From an uncultured Rhodospirillaceae bacterium (lineage in GTDB: Bacteria; Pseudomonadota; Alphaproteobacteria; Rhodospirillales; Magnetospirillaceae), in contig CAIULK010000014.1 of assembly GCA_903899885.1 (NCBI GenBank), positions 18,362 through 82,361 on the forward strand: a DNA stretch of 64,000 nt. Reading direction: 5' to 3'. The position numbers and the translations under genes were made by a program. Each line of letters starts with the position of its first letter. The stretch's first letter is position 1. The notes beneath the pieces are model-generated. The model ran no database searches, was not told where the DNA came from, and was given only the letters and a program-made list of their open reading frames with translations. Shown here one piece after another: positions 19,272 to 28,492 of the stretch.

Positions 19272-20887
19272 CGCAACCTTCCCCCGGGCCCGCCCTGGCG
19301 CGGGCGCCTTTGGTCCTTGCCATCTACGCCGTGACCGCGGCCATCCTGGCGGCAAGCTGGTGGCGGGGCCTGGTGCCGTTTCCATTTCTCGGCGGCGACG
19401 CTGGCAACATCGCATCCTTTGCCGCCGGATGGAGCCATCCCGGTGCATGGACCGGCGACATGGTGCTGGCCAACCACGACAATTTCCGTTTTTACGCGAC
19501 GATCCACATCCCGCTGCTGATCGCGTTGGCACCGCTGACGGGGGATCTGGGCACCGCGTTCGTGGTTTTGCTCGCTCCCCTGATGTGGATTCAGGCGTTG
19601 GGTCATTGGCTGTTGGGACGGCTTTTGTTCCGTCATGCCGATGGTGCCTTCCTGCTCGGCCTGCTGTCCTTCGGCTCGGTGTCGATGACGCTGGATTACT
19701 ACGGCACCTATCCCGACGCACAGCCGCGCTTTCTGTTCCAGGCGGCCTTGCCGTTTCTGCTGGCCGGTTTGGTGAAGGCGGCCGAATCTCCCGGCCGTTG
19801 GCCCCGGCTGATGGGACTGCACGGCCTTGCCGTCTATCTGCATCCGGTCAGCGCCCCGTCGGTGGCGCTGGCGTCTTGGCTGACCCTTCTTCTTCGCGGG
19901 CCGCGTGGGCGGCCCGTGATGGCTGGATTGGCCTTCGTTCTGCCCGCGCTGCCGTTCGCGGCCATGTATCTGAGCGGGCATGAACACGGCCCCACCGCCG
20001 ATTACGCGGCGGCCTTGGCCCGTCAATCCCTTCTGTTCGGCCCGGAATTCACCGATGGGTGGGCGTATCTGCGCAGGGTGCTGACAACGTGGCAGATGCG
20101 CTGGTTCGTGCCGGTCTGGGGGTTCGGCGGGGCTGTGTTGGTCTGGTATCTGGCGCCGACGCAACGGCCCAGGCTGGTCTTGCTGACCGTCTGGATGTCC
20201 ATGGTGGTGGTGGCGTCGCTGGGGGTGACCTTGGCCGAGCAGGCCGTGACCCGGCACCTTCGGATGATGCCGGTGGAAATCGACACCATCCGCAACCTGC
20301 GTTACGCCGTGCCGGTACTGATGCTGTTCGGCCTGTGGGGGGCGGTGGAGGCGGCGCGGCGCCTGCCATATCGCTTCGCCCGTCTGGTGCCGGTCCTGTG
20401 CGCCGCCGTTTGGCTGGGGGCGAACAAACCGGGCGTGATGCCCGTCCGCGACACCGCCTCGTGCCTAGCCTCGGGGCATCTTCTGTGTCCGCCCGCGGAA
20501 TGGGGGGAGCGGCGCGCCATGCTCGATTTCCTGCGCGGCGATCTTGCGCCCGGCACAACGGTGTTACCCGCCCTCGACCGTCAGGAGGGCACCGACGCCG
20601 CCCTCGCCATCCGCTATTACACGCTGCGTCCGGTCGTGTTCTGTTTCAAGGATGGCGGCACGTCGTTGGGATATGCCAACCACGCGGTGCTGGAACGCTG
20701 GCTGTCCTTGGCTGGACGTCTCGACGCCGCCCACCGCGCGGCCGATTGGCCCGCCCTTGCCGCCCTGGCCGACGAACTGGCCGCGAACATCGTCGTCCTC
20801 GACATCCCGGTGATTGCTTCCGATGGCTGGACGGTGTTGTACCAAGCCGGACGTTATTCCGTGCTGGGCCGCCGGCCGACCCGCTGA
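19268..20887 (+). CDS. Polytopic membrane protein, possible GT-C-like transferase
   Basis: Many TM segments; GGDAGN loop, YLHPVS; periplasmic C-terminal domain; ATGA overlap. Confidence 0.6.
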   Translation: MTQPSPGPALARAPLVLAIYAVTAAILAASWWRGLVPFPFLGGDAGNIASFAAGWSHPGAWTGDMVLANHDNFRFYATIHIPLLIALAPLTGDLGTAFVVLLAPLMWIQALGHWLLGRLLFRHADGAFLLGLLSFGSVSMTLDYYGTYPDAQPRFLFQAALPFLLAGLVKAAESPGRWPRLMGLHGLAVYLHPVSAPSVALASWLTLLLRGPRGRPVMAGLAFVLPALPFAAMYLSGHEHGPTADYAAALARQSLLFGPEFTDGWAYLRRVLTTWQMRWFVPVWGFGGAVLVWYLAPTQRPRLVLLTVWMSMVVVASLGVTLAEQAVTRHLRMMPVEIDTIRNLRYAVPVLMLFGLWGAVEAARRLPYRFARLVPVLCAAVWLGANKPGVMPVRDTASCLASGHLLCPPAEWGERRAMLDFLRGDLAPGTTVLPALDRQEGTDAALAIRYYTLRPVVFCFKDGGTSLGYANHAVLERWLSLAGRLDAAHRAADWPALAALADELAANIVVLDIPVIASDGWTVLYQAGRYSVLGRRPTR

Positions 20888-21012
20888 TCCGTGCATGCAA
20901 CGTTGCCGTCGGCGCCAAAGCCGTGGGAACCATCTGGCATCAGCACCGCGACAGACGACGCCGTTGGGGCTATTGTGTGTGGACGCTCCTGATTGGCTGG
21001 AATCCCGTGATA

Positions 21013-21939
21013 ATGGCTGTTGATACCTCCCCCCGTCCGACCTGGGAACCGCGCCTCAGCGTCGTCATTCCGGCCTATAACGAAGAGGACGGCATCGTTC
21101 CCACCCTGAACGGATTGCGCACCGCCTTGCCCGCCGCCGAAATCATCGTGGTCGATGACGGCAGCGCCGACCGGACCTTCGAGCGCGCCGCCACGGTGGG
21201 CGGGGTCACCGTGCTGCGCCACGACTATAATCGCGGATACGGCGCGGCCCTGAAGACCGGCATGCGCGCCGCCGGCCGCGACTATGTGGCCTGGTTCGAC
21301 GCCGACGACGAACACCGGGTCGAAAACCTGTCGCGCATCGTCGAGCGTTTGGACCGTGAACGGCTGGTGGCGGTGATCGGTCAGCGGCCGACCGGGGTGA
21401 ACCGATACCGCGCGACGGGCAAGGCCGTTATCCGCGCCTTCGCCTGGGCGCTCGGCTTGGGCGCCGGGTCCGACCTGAACTGCGGCCTGCGCGCCTTCCG
21501 CCGCGCCGCGATCCTGCCCTACCTGACCTTGCTGCCCAACCGCTACAGCGCCAGCATGACCTCGACCATGATCGTTACCCAACGCGGCTATCCGGTGGCG
21601 TTCGAGCCGGTCACCACCCGCCCGCGCATCGGCACCAGCAAGGTCGTTCTGGCCGACGGGCTTCAGGCCCTGGTCCTGGTCTTGCGCATGATCATGCTGT
21701 TCGCCCCCTTGCGCATCTTCGCGGCCCTCGGCGCCGGCATGGCCGCTTTCGGCCTCGTCTACGGCCTTGTGCTGGCGATGGTGCATGGGCTGGGCTTTCC
21801 CACGCTGTCGGTGGTGCTGGTTTTGGGCGGCCTGTTCCTGACCCTGCAAGGCCTGATCGCCGACCAAATCAGCTACATGCGTCTGGGGCAGTTGGAAAGT
21901 GCCCGCCTCGATGACGACGGCCGCGCGAATGTCGTCTGA
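21013..21939 (+). CDS. GT2 polyprenyl-phosphate glycosyltransferase (DPM1/GtrB/ArnC-like)
   Basis: VVIPAYNEE, VVDDGSAD, NRGYGAALKTG, DAD, DLNCGLRAFRR; two C-terminal TM helices. Confidence 0.88.
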   Translation: MAVDTSPRPTWEPRLSVVIPAYNEEDGIVPTLNGLRTALPAAEIIVVDDGSADRTFERAATVGGVTVLRHDYNRGYGAALKTGMRAAGRDYVAWFDADDEHRVENLSRIVERLDRERLVAVIGQRPTGVNRYRATGKAVIRAFAWALGLGAGSDLNCGLRAFRRAAILPYLTLLPNRYSASMTSTMIVTQRGYPVAFEPVTTRPRIGTSKVVLADGLQALVLVLRMIMLFAPLRIFAALGAGMAAFGLVYGLVLAMVHGLGFPTLSVVLVLGGLFLTLQGLIADQISYMRLGQLESARLDDDGRANVV

Positions 21940-23188
21940 GCGGCACCCCCTTTCGGACGAAACCTCGGCCCCGGGAAAATGGATCGGCGTGTTCGCCCGC
22001 AAGGGCGGCCTGCTGGTGAGCAGCAATATCGCCCAGGCGGGAATCGCCTTTCTCAGCCAGTTGATCCTGATGCGGTCACTGACCCCCGCCGATTTCGGGG
22101 AGTTCGCACAGGCCTTGGCCATCGTCGGCCTCGTGCAGATGACGCTGTCGCCGCGCCTGGGCGTCCTCGCCTTCCGGACCCCGGACGCGGATTATACCGA
22201 GGCGTTCCGCCGCCGCCTGTATTCCGCGATGACCGTCGAGATGCTGATCTCGTTGCCGCTCATGCTGGGCTGGCTGGCGGTGGCCGGGCAGTGTTCGTCC
22301 CGCTCCGTTCTTTTGGCGGCAACGCTGGCGCTTGGTCAATGGGTGGCATCGGTCACCATGTTCTACGAACGCGCCCTGCCCTATCGCGGCATCGCGGTCA
22401 TCGAAACCGGCTCGCTTCTGGCCGGTCATGTGGTGGCGGTGCTGCTGGTGCTGGCCGGGGCCGGAGTTGCCAGCCTGTATCTGCGCGAGACGGCGGCCCT
22501 CGCCCTTAGGGCTCTGCTGCTGCTTCAAATCGGCGCCATTCCCCGCTGGCGCCCGCGCCGGGTTACCTTGGCCGAATGGCGCGCCCTGCTGATCGAGGCG
22601 CGGGTTCCCTGGATGGACGGCATCGTCGATGGCGGCTTCCAGCGCCTGACCGTGCTGGCGGCGGCGGCCTTGGGGGGGGCGCATGGCGCCGGTCTGTTCT
22701 TTCAGGCGCAACGCCTCGCGATGGTGCCCCATCAGATTCTGTCGCCGGTGGTCGTGCGGCTGGCGGGCAATATCTTCGGCCGGATCGAGACAAAACAGAC
22801 CCGCCGCCACACCCTGGCCCGGATGGCCGCGCTGATCGGCCTGCCACTGGCCTTGGCCGCCGCCGCCGCCTGGATGTTCGCGGGATCGGTGGTGCCCTGG
22901 CTGTTCGGCGCGAGCTGGCGCGAGGCGGGGCCGGTGCTGGCGGCAATGGCCGGAGTGGTGTTCGGATTCAGTCTGTTCGAGCTCGGCCGCTCCTATTGTC
23001 TGGCGCAACGGGTGCATGGCGTGCTTCTCGCGGGGCGGATGGTCCAATACGCCATCTTCGGCGCCGGTTGTCTGCTGGCGGCCAAGGGCGCGTCGGCGGT
23101 GACGCTGGGCGCCTTGCTGTCGGTGGTATCGGTGGCCTCGGCGGCGGCGATGCTGGCCGGTTTGGCCCTGACGCGGGGGCATTCCTAG
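21929..23188 (+). CDS. wzx: Oligosaccharide flippase (Wzx/MOP family)
   Basis: Polytopic; LMRSLTPADFGEF and WLFGASWREAGPVL are typical Wzx features. Confidence 0.75.
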   Translation: MSSERHPLSDETSAPGKWIGVFARKGGLLVSSNIAQAGIAFLSQLILMRSLTPADFGEFAQALAIVGLVQMTLSPRLGVLAFRTPDADYTEAFRRRLYSAMTVEMLISLPLMLGWLAVAGQCSSRSVLLAATLALGQWVASVTMFYERALPYRGIAVIETGSLLAGHVVAVLLVLAGAGVASLYLRETAALALRALLLLQIGAIPRWRPRRVTLAEWRALLIEARVPWMDGIVDGGFQRLTVLAAAALGGAHGAGLFFQAQRLAMVPHQILSPVVVRLAGNIFGRIETKQTRRHTLARMAALIGLPLALAAAAAWMFAGSVVPWLFGASWREAGPVLAAMAGVVFGFSLFELGRSYCLAQRVHGVLLAGRMVQYAIFGAGCLLAAKGASAVTLGALLSVVSVASAAAMLAGLALTRGHS

Positions 23189-25078
23189 ATGTGCGGCATC
23201 GCGGGTCTGTGCGCCCGATATCCGGTCCGCCCGGCCGCCGTGGCGGCGATGACCGCGCGCATGGCCCATCGCGGTCCCGACGACGACGGGCTTTGGCATT
23301 CACCGGATCAGCGGGCGGTGCTGGGTCATCGCCGGCTCGCCATCCTCGACACCAGCGCGGCCGGTCATCAGCCGATGGAGCGAGACGGGCTGACGGCCGT
23401 CTTCAACGGCGAGATTTATAACTATCGCGAATTGCGCGACGAATTGGCGGCGGAGGGCGAAACCTTCCAGGGCGGTTCGGACACCGAGGTTCTGCTGGCG
23501 GCCTATCGCCGCTGGGGGCCGGATTGCGTCGAACGGCTGAACGGCATGTTCGCTTTCGCCATCTTGGACAGGGAACGGCACCGGCTGTTCTGCGCCCGCG
23601 ACCGCTTCGGCGAAAAGCCGTTCCTGTTCGCCGAGGGCGACGGCTTTTTCGCCTTCGCCTCCGAATACAAGGCGCTGCTGGCTCTGGAGGGAGTCGATCG
23701 GAGCATCGAGGCTCCGCTGGTGCTGTCTTATCTGATCGATACCGCCCACGGCCTCGACGACCGGCGGGAAACCGCGTTCCGGGGCATCCGCCAACTGCTT
23801 GCCGCCGAAACCCTGACGCTGAATCTGGACAGTCTGACCTGGCGCGTCGCCACCTATTGGCGGCCCCGTTTCGAACCCGGCGGGGCCGCCCTGGATTTCC
23901 CGGCGGCGGTGACCCGGTTTCGCGAACTGCTGGCCGATTCGGTGGCGTTGCGCCTGCGCAGCGATGTTCCGGTCGGGTCTTGTCTGTCGGGGGGACTGGA
24001 TTCCAGCACCATCGTCGGACTGGCGCGCGAACGGCTACCGGCCGACGCCCCCTATCACGTCTTCACCGGCCGCTTTCCCGGTACCAGCGCCGACGAATGG
24101 GAGCGGGCCGAACTGGTCGTGCGGGCCAGCGGGGCCTCGTCGCACGTCGTCGTCCCGACTCCCCAGGGTTTCCTTGCCGATCTTCCCGATTTCATCTGGA
24201 TGAACGAACTGCCGGTCGGCAGCACCAGCCAGTACGCCCAGTACTGCGTGTTCCGGCTGGCCGCCGAGACCGGAATCACCGTGCTGCTGGACGGCCAAGG
24301 CGCCGACGAGCTGCTGGGCGGCTACGAACAGTATTTCCGCCAATACCTGGAATCGCTTCCCTTCGGCCGCCGCCGGAGCGAGGAAGAACGTATCCGCCGC
24401 CGCTATCCCCTGGCCCTGCCCTCCCCTCGCCAAACGCTGTCGAAAGCACTGCCGGGCGCGGTCCGCCGGGCCCTCGCCCAGGCCACCGGACGGGGCAGCG
24501 ATCCGCTGTTCGGACTGTCCGGCGCGGCGCGGGCGGCGTTGCCGCCCCGCCCGGCGCCGCGCGACGGGATGGGTCATCCGCTGGCCGACGCCTTGCGGCA
24601 CGACAGCCTGGAGGGGCACCTGCCCACCTTGCTGCGCTACGGCGACCGCAATTCGATGGCCCATTCCCGCGAGGTCCGGCTGCCGTTCTGCGATCACCGC
24701 ATCGCCGAGTTCGTGCTGTCCCTGCCGCCCGAACACCTGATGGGCGACGCCCAGACCAAACGGCTGCTGCGCGAGGCCGCGCGGGGACTGTTGCCCGAGG
24801 GCGTGCGCGCCCATTGGCCCAAGCAGGGGTTCCGGCCGCCGCAGGAACTGTGGTTCACCGGCCCATTGTTCCAAGCGGCGCTGGACGCGGTGGAGGATCC
24901 GGACTTCGCCGCCTCGGGTTGGTGGAACCAGCACTGGTGGCGGTGCGTGCTGCGGCGCTTCCAGGCGGGCGAGACCCATTTGGCCTGGGTGCTATGGCGG
25001 CCGCTGATCACCCAGGCGTGGCGGCGCCATTTCGTCGAGCGTATTCTGTCCACCCCTCCCGAAGCCGTCCGCGCGTGA
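23189..25078 (+). CDS. asnB: Glutamine-hydrolysing asparagine synthetase-like amidotransferase (AsnB family; probably glycan amidation)
   Basis: MCGI, HRGPD, GHRRLAILD, FNGEIYNY, LSGGLDSS, GQGADE, DRNSMAHSREVRLPF. Confidence 0.9.
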   Translation: MCGIAGLCARYPVRPAAVAAMTARMAHRGPDDDGLWHSPDQRAVLGHRRLAILDTSAAGHQPMERDGLTAVFNGEIYNYRELRDELAAEGETFQGGSDTEVLLAAYRRWGPDCVERLNGMFAFAILDRERHRLFCARDRFGEKPFLFAEGDGFFAFASEYKALLALEGVDRSIEAPLVLSYLIDTAHGLDDRRETAFRGIRQLLAAETLTLNLDSLTWRVATYWRPRFEPGGAALDFPAAVTRFRELLADSVALRLRSDVPVGSCLSGGLDSSTIVGLARERLPADAPYHVFTGRFPGTSADEWERAELVVRASGASSHVVVPTPQGFLADLPDFIWMNELPVGSTSQYAQYCVFRLAAETGITVLLDGQGADELLGGYEQYFRQYLESLPFGRRRSEEERIRRRYPLALPSPRQTLSKALPGAVRRALAQATGRGSDPLFGLSGAARAALPPRPAPRDGMGHPLADALRHDSLEGHLPTLLRYGDRNSMAHSREVRLPFCDHRIAEFVLSLPPEHLMGDAQTKRLLREAARGLLPEGVRAHWPKQGFRPPQELWFTGPLFQAALDAVEDPDFAASGWWNQHWWRCVLRRFQAGETHLAWVLWRPLITQAWRRHFVERILSTPPEAVRA

Positions 25079-26295
25079 TGCGGATCGTCGTGGTCAACCA
25101 TCATCATCCGCAAGCCCGCGCCATCGGCGCGGTGCGGATGGCCCGCTTCGCCGAGGCGCTGACGGACCGGGGACACCGGGTGGTGCTGCTGACCGGACCG
25201 TTGGACGATGCCGATCCCCCGCTCGCCCCGGACGCCGTGGCCGACGCCCTGGCCGCCCACGATTGGACCCGGCCCTTTCATCTGGCCTGTCCGCTCCATC
25301 CCCTGCCCCTTTTGGCGGCGGCGCGCGAGGGCCGCCTGCCCCGGCCGCCGCGCTGGGCCGTCCTGGGCTGGCATTATCTGCGTCACGGTGGGGTCTTCAC
25401 CGATTGGACGCGGGGCTGCCGTCCGTATTGGCCGGTTCTGGCCGAGGTTTTCCGGCCCGAGGTAACCTGGGGCACCTTCGGCAATACCGACGCTTGGGCG
25501 ATCGCCCGGGGTATCGCCCGGTTATCCGATTGCCCTTGGGCGATGGACATCAAGGATTCTTGGAACGGCTTCATCCCCCGCCCGTTCCGCCATTTGCTGG
25601 CCTGGCGCTACGACGATGCGGCCACCTGCACCGGCTTGTCCCAGGGCTATCTCGACCGTTCCGGCCGATGGTTCCGGGCACCCAAGACAGTCGTCTATAG
25701 CGGTATTCCCGCCGGTCTGCTCGATGCCCCCCGCCCCGTTGCACCGCCGTTTCGGATCACCGTGACCGGCAGCACCTATGGCCATCTGGACGTCATGATC
25801 GACGGAATCCGCCGGTTTCTCGATCACGTGCCCGAGAGCCAGATCGTTTTCACCTATGCCGGACGCGAACACGAAGCCGCCGCCCGCCGGACGCAAGGGC
25901 TGGCGGGACACTGTACCCTCGACATCCGCCCCTATGTCGCGCTCGACGAATTGGCGGCCTTGCAACGCGAAGCGTTCGTCAACGTCTATGGCCGGGCAAT
26001 GGATCAGCCGGACATTTTTCACCACAAACTGTTCGAGCTGCTGTGCGCCGACCGCCCGATCGCCTGCGTTCCCACCGAAATGCCCGAGGCGGTGACCATC
26101 GCCGCCGACCTGAACGCCGACTTCACCCGCTGTGAAAACGCCGACGCCTTGGCCACGCGGCTGGAGCGGGCATGGCGCGAGCGGCACCACCCAGGCACCG
26201 TCGATCATCGGGCGCTGGCCTTCCACACCTGGGCGGCGCAGGCCGAACGACTGGAAACCGCCCTGGCGGCGGCGGTCGCGGGGGGCGGTCGATGA
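25078..26295 (+). CDS. Putative GT-B glycosyltransferase (GT4-like N-terminal domain)
   Basis: GAVRMARFAEALTDRGHRV, DIKDSW, KLFELLCADRPI. Confidence 0.65.
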   Translation: MRIVVVNHHHPQARAIGAVRMARFAEALTDRGHRVVLLTGPLDDADPPLAPDAVADALAAHDWTRPFHLACPLHPLPLLAAAREGRLPRPPRWAVLGWHYLRHGGVFTDWTRGCRPYWPVLAEVFRPEVTWGTFGNTDAWAIARGIARLSDCPWAMDIKDSWNGFIPRPFRHLLAWRYDDAATCTGLSQGYLDRSGRWFRAPKTVVYSGIPAGLLDAPRPVAPPFRITVTGSTYGHLDVMIDGIRRFLDHVPESQIVFTYAGREHEAAARRTQGLAGHCTLDIRPYVALDELAALQREAFVNVYGRAMDQPDIFHHKLFELLCADRPIACVPTEMPEAVTIAADLNADFTRCENADALATRLERAWRERHHPGTVDHRALAFHTWAAQAERLETALAAAVAGGGR

Positions 26296-27431
26296 AGGTC
26301 GCGGTCTGCGTCCACGGGCGGTTCCACGCCTTCGAACTGGCGGGCGAGCTGTTTCGTCAGGGCTGTCTGGCGCAACTGGCCACCACCTATCCCGCCACCG
26401 TCGCCCGGCGGTTCCTGCCCGGCGGCGTTGCGATCCGAAGCGCACCGATGCTGGAGCTGCTGCGCCGCCTGCACGGACGCTTCGGCGGCCCTTCGCCCGA
26501 TCACTGGATCGCCACCCGTTTCGGCGCCTTCGCCGCCGCCACCTTGCCCAAGGACGCCGACATCCTGGTCGGCTGGAGCGGCGCCTCGCTGGAAGCGGCG
26601 CGCGCGGCGCGCCAGCGCGGCATGGCGGTGGTGATCGAGCGCGGCTCCACCCATATCGCCCATCAGAACGCGGTGTTGGCCGAGGCCCACGCCCGTCTGG
26701 GCCTGCCCCATGGCGGCATCGACCCCCGGATCATCGCGCGCGAGACCGAGGAATACGCCCTGGCCGACCTCGTGGTCACCGGATCGTCCGCCGCCGCAGC
26801 GACCTTCGGGCCGTGGGGCGTCGATACCGCCAAGGTGGCGGTCAATCCCTATGGGGTCGATCTCGGCCGTTTCGCGGCCCGAACGCCGGAGCGCGGCGCC
26901 GGTCCGGTGCGCCTGTTGTTCGTCGGGCAGGTCGGCGTCCGCAAGGGGGTGCCGTGGCTGTTGGAGGCCTTTGCCCGGCTGGGCGGCGGAACCGAGCTGC
27001 ATCTGGTCGGCCCGGTGGACCCGGCGTTCCGCCCGTTGCTGGCACGGCTGCCGCTGGACCGGGTGCGGATTCACGGCCCCTTGCGCGGAGCAGCCCTTCT
27101 GCAACGCTTCGCCGAAAGCGACCTGTTCTGCCTGCCCTCGATCGAGGAAGGGTTCGGAATGGTCGTGCTACAGGCGATGGCGGCGGGCCTGCCGGTGGTC
27201 GCCAGCACCGCCACCGGCGCCCTCGACGTTCCGGCCGCCCTGCCGGTGCTGGTTCCGCCCGGCAATACCGAAGCCTTGGCCGAGGGGCTGTCCGGCCTGC
27301 TGGATGATCCGGAACGCCAGGCCGCCATGGCGGCGGCGGGACCGCGCGCGGTGGCGGCGGGCTTTACCTGGGCCGATCACGGCACGCGCGCCGTGGCCTT
27401 GTACCGCCGACTTGCCACGCTTTCCGCGTAA
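26292..27431 (+). CDS. Glycosyltransferase family 4
   Basis: LLFVGQVGVRKG, LPSIEEGFGMVVLQAMAAG. Confidence 0.9.
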   Translation: MKVAVCVHGRFHAFELAGELFRQGCLAQLATTYPATVARRFLPGGVAIRSAPMLELLRRLHGRFGGPSPDHWIATRFGAFAAATLPKDADILVGWSGASLEAARAARQRGMAVVIERGSTHIAHQNAVLAEAHARLGLPHGGIDPRIIARETEEYALADLVVTGSSAAAATFGPWGVDTAKVAVNPYGVDLGRFAARTPERGAGPVRLLFVGQVGVRKGVPWLLEAFARLGGGTELHLVGPVDPAFRPLLARLPLDRVRIHGPLRGAALLQRFAESDLFCLPSIEEGFGMVVLQAMAAGLPVVASTATGALDVPAALPVLVPPGNTEALAEGLSGLLDDPERQAAMAAAGPRAVAAGFTWADHGTRAVALYRRLATLSA

Positions 27432-27466
27432 ATGCTAGGTTGGCCGCCGTCCTCGGGAGTTTCCTC

Positions 27467-28492
27467 TTGAAAATCACCGCCCTGATCCCCGCCTATCGCC
27501 CCACCCAGGCGCTCGTCGATGTGGTGCGCGGGCTGAAGCGAGAGGGATTCGACCGTATCGTCGTCGTCGATGACGGCAGCGGGCCGGACTTTGCCGCCCA
27601 CTTCGAGGCGGTACGCGCGGAAGGTGCCGAACTTCTGCGCCATGCGGTCAATCTCGGCAAGGGAGCCGCGCTCAAAACCGGCATCAACGCGATTTACGTC
27701 GAGGGCGAAGCGGATTCCGGCGTGGTGACCGTCGATGCCGACGGCCAGCATCTGGCCGAGGATGCCGCCCGGGTGGCGGACTCGCTACGGCAAGCGCCCG
27801 GCGCCCTTGTCCTAGGTGCCCGCGCCTTCGGCGATGCCCCCTTGCGGTCACGGATCGGCAATGAGCTGACGCGGTTTTTGTTCCGCCTCGTCCACTCGAT
27901 CACGCTCAAGGACACCCAGACCGGCCTGCGGGCTTTCGGACCCGATTTCGCGCGGCGGCTCCTGACGCTACCCTCGCAGCGATATGAATTCGAACTGGAC
28001 ATGCTGATTCTCGCCCGTCGGCTCGGCCTGGATTTCGTCGAAACGCCGATCGCCACGGTCTATCTGGACGGCAACCGCGCATCGCATTTCGATCCGGTTC
28101 TGGACTCGGTCCGAATTTACTTTTCGCTGTTCCGCTTTTCCATCGCGGGCCTTGTCGCGGCGCTGATCGACAATTCGGTTTTCGCCTTGGCCTTCGCCTT
28201 GGGCGCGTCCGTCTTGGCCAGTCAGTGCGCGGGCCGCGCCGTGGCGGTGGTCGTCAACTATCTGATGCTCAAGCGGATGGTTTTTCATTCCGTCGAGAAC
28301 GACAAGGTGGCGGGGGCGAAATACTTGGCGTCGGTCGTCGTGTTCGGCGCCGTTTCGTATGGCCTGATCATGGCCGGGCAAGGGCTTCTCGGCATGCCGG
28401 TGCTGGCGACCAAGATCGTCGTGGAAACCGCTATCTTCCTCGCCAATTACCTTGTCCAACGCTTGATGGTCTTCAAGGAGGGCCAGCCGTGA
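27467..28492 (+). CDS. Bifunctional GT2 polyprenyl-phosphate glycosyltransferase / GtrA-family flippase
   Basis: TTG start after GGGAG; LIPAYRP, VVDDGSG, NLGKGAALKTG, DADGQH, DTQTGLR; C-terminal 4-TM GtrA domain. Confidence 0.88.
   Translation: MKITALIPAYRPTQALVDVVRGLKREGFDRIVVVDDGSGPDFAAHFEAVRAEGAELLRHAVNLGKGAALKTGINAIYVEGEADSGVVTVDADGQHLAEDAARVADSLRQAPGALVLGARAFGDAPLRSRIGNELTRFLFRLVHSITLKDTQTGLRAFGPDFARRLLTLPSQRYEFELDMLILARRLGLDFVETPIATVYLDGNRASHFDPVLDSVRIYFSLFRFSIAGLVAALIDNSVFALAFALGASVLASQCAGRAVAVVVNYLMLKRMVFHSVENDKVAGAKYLASVVVFGAVSYGLIMAGQGLLGMPVLATKIVVETAIFLANYLVQRLMVFKEGQP

Noticed and set aside
18332..25077. Long N-terminal extensions in the ORF track (851, 626 and 923 aa ORFs) as fusion proteins
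   Set aside because: The extensions overlap upstream genes in other frames; the real starts are at 19268, 21013 and 25078.
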